In this document: piece by piece, positions 59,831 through 64,000 of the stretch
How the letters are laid out: every line of letters begins with the position of its first letter
How positions within the stretch are numbered: the first letter of the stretch is position 1
Virus record (IMG/VR): IMGVR_UViG_3300032235_000623
Span: 32,001 to 96,000 of that record
From: a virus
Direction: 5' to 3' (one strand)
Length of the DNA: 64,000 bases
Position numbers and translations under genes: made by a program
Notes under the pieces: model-generated
What the model saw: only the letters and a program-made list of their open reading frames with translations
Databases searched by the model: none
Told to the model about the DNA's origin: nothing

Positions 59831-61513
59831 ATGTCTTATTCCAGAAACGTATTAAAAGATTACCCTATTGGGTTTTGGGAGCTTTCCGAAAATGCCTTAG
59901 ACGGCTCTGGCTGCGGTAATGACGCAGTGGTTTCTGGAACGCATTATATAGATGGATTTAGCCTTCATCCTTCAATTGGTGGGTATACAAGAATTAAAGG
60001 AAACTCTTATGTTTCCATGCCAATAGATAAAGATTACTATTCGGATACAAACCTTCCACCAATTGCAAACTCTTCAAGCTCCAGAAATGAATTTTCTTTA
60101 GAGCTTTGGTTTAAAGCAGAAGATAACCTTATTAGTGAAACTCCTTTATTCGCAGATGTAAATGCAGATACGGGTATATTCTACGAGCAGGGAAATATTA
60201 TTTTTAAGGTTGAAGGAGAATCTGTAGAGTATACGCTAACAGAGATCAACAGAGCACATCATGTAGTTGGTGTATATTCTGGCAATGATATATCAATATT
60301 CATCAATGGCGATATTGCAGCAAATAAAATTTTAAATAGCTTCAGGTTTAGCTCTGAAGATGTTGATTTTCAGGTTGGTCCAGTAGTAGATAGCAATGCC
60401 TCATTTCTAGTAAATGGGGTAGCTGTATATAGATATGCACTTAGCCTAAATCAAATATATGATCATTTTTATCAGGTAAACAATATTCCGCCAATTCAAA
60501 TTGCTGATCCAGACAACGGATTTATATTCCAGATCAAGAATAGCGCAAGTGGGAAAAGGTTTACATTTGATTACCCAATAAATAAAAATTGGTCAGACGT
60601 TGTAGAAAGCCCTGTAGAATTTAATGATGCTAAAGGGTATGTAGAACTAGGCAAAGCGGACGGGGAAGTCTCTAAGGAGCTCCTAGACGTTATATCAGTA
60701 CCTTCTATTGAAGAGTACGAACACTCTATTATAGAGTGGGTTGGAGATAATGGGGTATCCGTAAAGATATCACAAAATAATGTTGACTTTTATGACTGTA
60801 TAAATGGAATGCCTTTACCAATTCAAGATAATACTAAATCTATTATTTATTTAAAGATAATATTCCAATCATCTAATGCACAAAGATTTAATCCAAGACT
60901 ATATTCATTATCCATTTCTTTCTTTAATGGATTAAGGCTGTACGCATCTAATAGTGCTGACTACATATCCTCTTCTTCTACGGGAGGAAGTGACTTTGGT
61001 TTCACGTGGAACAATTGGCCAATTCTTTCAAGATATAGCCTTAATGGTTTAAGGGCAGGATCAGAGTTTAGCATTTATACAGATAAGGACGTATATTCCC
61101 TTGAGATGTTCTACACACCAACCGAATTGTCTGAGAGCTCATTATTTGACCAGCTATCCTGGAACGGGGCGGGAGCCCTAAGCAAATCAAACATCCTAGC
61201 CCTATATATCAATGGAGAAGATAAGACATCAGAAACCTCAGTATCTGGCTTATTTATACCTGGAGAGATATATCACGTAGTAGCAGTATTAAATAATTCA
61301 ATGACAGGGGAGATTGTCTTCAATGGGGACAATGAGGCCCTATATCAATACATTACGATATATGAGAGCCAATTGAGTTCAGGTACTGCCCAGGCTCATT
61401 ATGAGTTGTATACTAATAGTGTCTCTACTATTGCCGACGGCTCGTCACTTGCACTGACAGAAAACTCTGTAAATTACTACAATAATGATTGGGTTGTAAT
61501 ACAAAGCATATAA
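59831..61513 (+). CDS. LamG/concanavalin-A-like virion protein
   Basis: FSLELWFK, HHVVGVY, IFING, VAVYRYALS. Confidence 0.75.
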   Translation: MSYSRNVLKDYPIGFWELSENALDGSGCGNDAVVSGTHYIDGFSLHPSIGGYTRIKGNSYVSMPIDKDYYSDTNLPPIANSSSSRNEFSLELWFKAEDNLISETPLFADVNADTGIFYEQGNIIFKVEGESVEYTLTEINRAHHVVGVYSGNDISIFINGDIAANKILNSFRFSSEDVDFQVGPVVDSNASFLVNGVAVYRYALSLNQIYDHFYQVNNIPPIQIADPDNGFIFQIKNSASGKRFTFDYPINKNWSDVVESPVEFNDAKGYVELGKADGEVSKELLDVISVPSIEEYEHSIIEWVGDNGVSVKISQNNVDFYDCINGMPLPIQDNTKSIIYLKIIFQSSNAQRFNPRLYSLSISFFNGLRLYASNSADYISSSSTGGSDFGFTWNNWPILSRYSLNGLRAGSEFSIYTDKDVYSLEMFYTPTELSESSLFDQLSWNGAGALSKSNILALYINGEDKTSETSVSGLFIPGEIYHVVAVLNNSMTGEIVFNGDNEALYQYITIYESQLSSGTAQAHYELYTNSVSTIADGSSLALTENSVNYYNNDWVVIQSI

Positions 61514-61576
61514 TTTTGTCATTAGGTGTGACAAGATATGGACTTTAGCACTATAAAGTGGTAGAATAGTCAACAT

Positions 61577-61924
61577 ATGGATATCAAAAGAACTGGTTTT
61601 AAAATCAATGATCACGAGACAACCCTCGGAATATATGTCTGGGAAATGCCAGATGGACGCTGGATTGGCGACGATGACGGAAACTTTCTTTCTATAACTG
61701 CAAAAGAAGGCAATAGAGAAAGAATGAATTTGTTAGCAGATGCTGTTAGGTCTTACGGAATCTACGAAGGCAAGCCAAAGTTCCTTTCTGGCAGAAGAAA
61801 GATTGATGACGAAGAATTTGAGTATCAGCAACAAAGATTAAGATGGGGCCTAACTCCAGATCCTTTGGACATCGGAGTTTATAAAGATGAAATGAAGGCT
61901 CTAAAGAATAGCGGTGGAAAATGA
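61577..61924 (+). CDS. hypothetical protein upstream of portal
   Basis: ORF track; coupled to portal. Confidence 0.7.
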   Translation: MDIKRTGFKINDHETTLGIYVWEMPDGRWIGDDDGNFLSITAKEGNRERMNLLADAVRSYGIYEGKPKFLSGRRKIDDEEFEYQQQRLRWGLTPDPLDIGVYKDEMKALKNSGGK

Positions 61925-63504
61925 TAGAATTTGAAGACGACATGGGTAGCTCTAACGAAGTAGAAATAACAAACACTTCTGACTGGATGAAGTTTTCTTC
62001 TGCACCAGTTCAGAAAACAAATGATCCGTTCCGTGTAGAGAATGACGACCTGCTAAAGATTTCTGGAATCTCTCCAACCTTCAGAAGAAAAGTAAGTAGA
62101 GATTTACAAAAACGATTTGCAGGAATTGACGGTGCTGAAACTCAGCAAAACCTACTTCAGCAAGCGGTAACTGGCTATGCAATGTTTGATTTGGTTGAGC
62201 CACCGTACAACCTAGAGTACCTATCTTCAATTTATGAAATTTCCCCATATAATTACGCTGCTATTAATGCCAAGGTTGCAAACATTGTTGGCTTAGGTTT
62301 TGATTTTATTGAGAGCAGAAAAACAAACGATGCTTTGGATGAAATTGAAGATGATAAGCAATTAGAAAGAGCAAGAAGAAAGCTTAGTAGAATCAGACAA
62401 GATCTTCATGAGTGGCTGGAAGATTGTAACGAAGAAGAAACATTTAAAGAAACATTAATAAAGTTCTACACCGATGTAGAAGCAACAGGAAACGGGTACT
62501 TAGAAATAGGTAGAACCACATCTGGAAAGATTGGTTATATTGGACATATTCCAGCAAAGACAATGAGAGTTCGTCGTCTTCGTGACGGATTTATTCAGTT
62601 GCTTTATGGAAAGGCAGTTTACTTTAGAAACTTTGGAGATCAGGAAACACCAAATCCGATTGCAGGTGGATTAGATAGACCTAACGAAATTATTCATTTA
62701 AAGAAGTACACTCCAAAGAATAACTATTATGGAATTCCAGATATCATTGCTGCACAGAATGCGATGGCAGGTAATGAATTTGCTGGAAAGTACAACTTGG
62801 ACTATTTTGAAAATAAGGCTGTACCAAGATATATTATTACAGTCAAGGGTGCAAAGCTTTCATCTGAGTCAGAGAGAAAGCTTCTTGAGTTTTTCCAAGT
62901 TGGACTAAAGGGCAAAAATCATAGATCTTTGTATATACCCCTTCCAGCAGACTCACCAGATTCTAAGGTTGAATTTAAGATGGAGCCAATTGAGGCGGGT
63001 TCACAGGAGTCATCATTTAACGTTTATAGAACTGCAAACAGAGATGAAATATTAATGGCTCACAGAACTCCAATTAATAAAATTGGTACACCAGCTGGAG
63101 TTAATTTAGCTACAGCAAGAGATGCAGATAAGACTTTTAAAGAGCAGGTATGTAGACCAGCTCAAGAAAATCTTGAGAAGAAATTAAATAAAATCATTGA
63201 AGAAATGACAGATGCGCTTAAATTAAAATTTAATGAGCTTACTCTTACAGATGAAGATACTCAGTCAAAAATTGATGAAAGGTATTTGCGTTTCCAGGTT
63301 TTGACTCCGAATGAAATTAGACTTAGAATGGGCTTAGTCCCTAGAGAAGGCGGAGACAGCCCTGTTGACTTACAGGCGCAGGCAGCTGAAGTAAAATCTC
63401 AAGCATTACAAACTAGAACTAGAGACCAGGAAAGATCTGCAAATTCCCCAGATTCTTCAGGAGAAGGTAGAAATGCAAAGGGAGACGGAAGACAGGTCGA
63501 GTAG
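61921..63504 (+). CDS. portal protein
   Basis: TGNGYLE, EIIH.K, YYGIPDI, YFEN.AVP, TPNEIR..MGL.P. Confidence 0.92.
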   Translation: MIEFEDDMGSSNEVEITNTSDWMKFSSAPVQKTNDPFRVENDDLLKISGISPTFRRKVSRDLQKRFAGIDGAETQQNLLQQAVTGYAMFDLVEPPYNLEYLSSIYEISPYNYAAINAKVANIVGLGFDFIESRKTNDALDEIEDDKQLERARRKLSRIRQDLHEWLEDCNEEETFKETLIKFYTDVEATGNGYLEIGRTTSGKIGYIGHIPAKTMRVRRLRDGFIQLLYGKAVYFRNFGDQETPNPIAGGLDRPNEIIHLKKYTPKNNYYGIPDIIAAQNAMAGNEFAGKYNLDYFENKAVPRYIITVKGAKLSSESERKLLEFFQVGLKGKNHRSLYIPLPADSPDSKVEFKMEPIEAGSQESSFNVYRTANRDEILMAHRTPINKIGTPAGVNLATARDADKTFKEQVCRPAQENLEKKLNKIIEEMTDALKLKFNELTLTDEDTQSKIDERYLRFQVLTPNEIRLRMGLVPREGGDSPVDLQAQAAEVKSQALQTRTRDQERSANSPDSSGEGRNAKGDGRQVE

Positions 63505-63557
63505 TCCTACTCAACCACTATTTGCCTTTTGATATATACCATAATAAAATTAAGCAT

Positions 63558-64000
63558 ATGAATATCGAAAAATCTTCTTGGTCTTCTAATGGCGATGCCA
63601 TTAATTTGTCGGTTCCGTTTACTAAAGTTAACCGTGAGCGTAGAACCGTATCTGGATTCGCCACACTAGACAATATTGATCAAACAGGTGATTTGGTTAC
63701 AGCTGAAGCTAGCCTTGAGGCTTTTGAAAAGTTTAGAGGAAACATTCGTGAGATGCATGGGCCAAACGCAGTTGGCAAGATGCTATCTTTTAGACCAGAG
63801 ACTTTTTACAACCCTGAAACAAAAGAGATGCACACTGGCGTCTATGTAGATGCATATGTTTCAAAGGGAGCACAAGATACCTGGGAGAAAGTTCTAGATG
63901 GAACTCTCTCAGGTTTTTCTATTGGCGGAAAGATTATCGAATCAGATAACGAAGTAAATAAATCAACAGGACAATCAGTTAGATTTATTAAAAAGTATGC
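63558..64000 (+). CDS. prohead protease (HK97-type), 3'-truncated
   Basis: RTVSGFAT..D..GD, REMH, W..V..G.LSGFSIGG; follows portal. Confidence 0.85.
   Translation, partial: MNIEKSSWSSNGDAINLSVPFTKVNRERRTVSGFATLDNIDQTGDLVTAEASLEAFEKFRGNIREMHGPNAVGKMLSFRPETFYNPETKEMHTGVYVDAYVSKGAQDTWEKVLDGTLSGFSIGGKIIESDNEVNKSTGQSVRFIKKY

Noticed and set aside
1-64000. Stop-codon reassignment
   Set aside because: Conserved genes are full-length under code 11, all three stops are used, and no suppressor tRNA was seen.

Overview
A 64-kb segment of a large, AT-rich tailed phage. The host is almost certainly an actinobacterium, plausibly a freshwater acI/Nanopelagicales-type. Host evidence: a WhiB gene, an FmdB-type zinc ribbon, an MSMEG_6728-type glycosylase, an Lsr2-like mini-protein, a short-variable-arm tRNA-Leu(UAA) and widespread leaderless starts. 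Layout: (1) 1-25.2 kb, + strand: accessory enzymes (quinone oxidoreductase, carbamoyltransferase, SDR, cytochrome P450, luciferase-like monooxygenase, 2OG-Fe(II) dioxygenases), a tRNA cluster, Hsp20, a lysis-like cassette and secreted or surface proteins. (2) 25.2-37.1 kb: a ~12-kb minus-strand block of tiny genes that looks like a pre-early region or long terminal repeat. It has a repeated promoter (TGTCRG-N10-TAYAAT), a repeated RBS, a repeated ~60-bp spaced element, and many host-regulator-like boxes (CRP, DnaA, MraZ, LexA, GlnR/MtrA, WhiA-like). (3) 37.2-43.6 kb: methyltransferase, tRNA-Ile(UAU), dioxygenases, a lytic transglycosylase and class II RNR. (4) 43.7-64 kb: tail-fibre genes, then an FN3 + (PPxFFG)x12 + Hint-domain protein followed by ten candidate modifying enzymes, then portal and prohead protease. 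Best candidates for new biology: the repeat-peptide/Hint/oxygenase cluster, the regulator-box array with its 60-bp scaffold, a candidate anti-Shine-Dalgarno sRNA, and a dispersed covarying H-type pseudoknot. All calls come from motif reading by eye; no searches were run.
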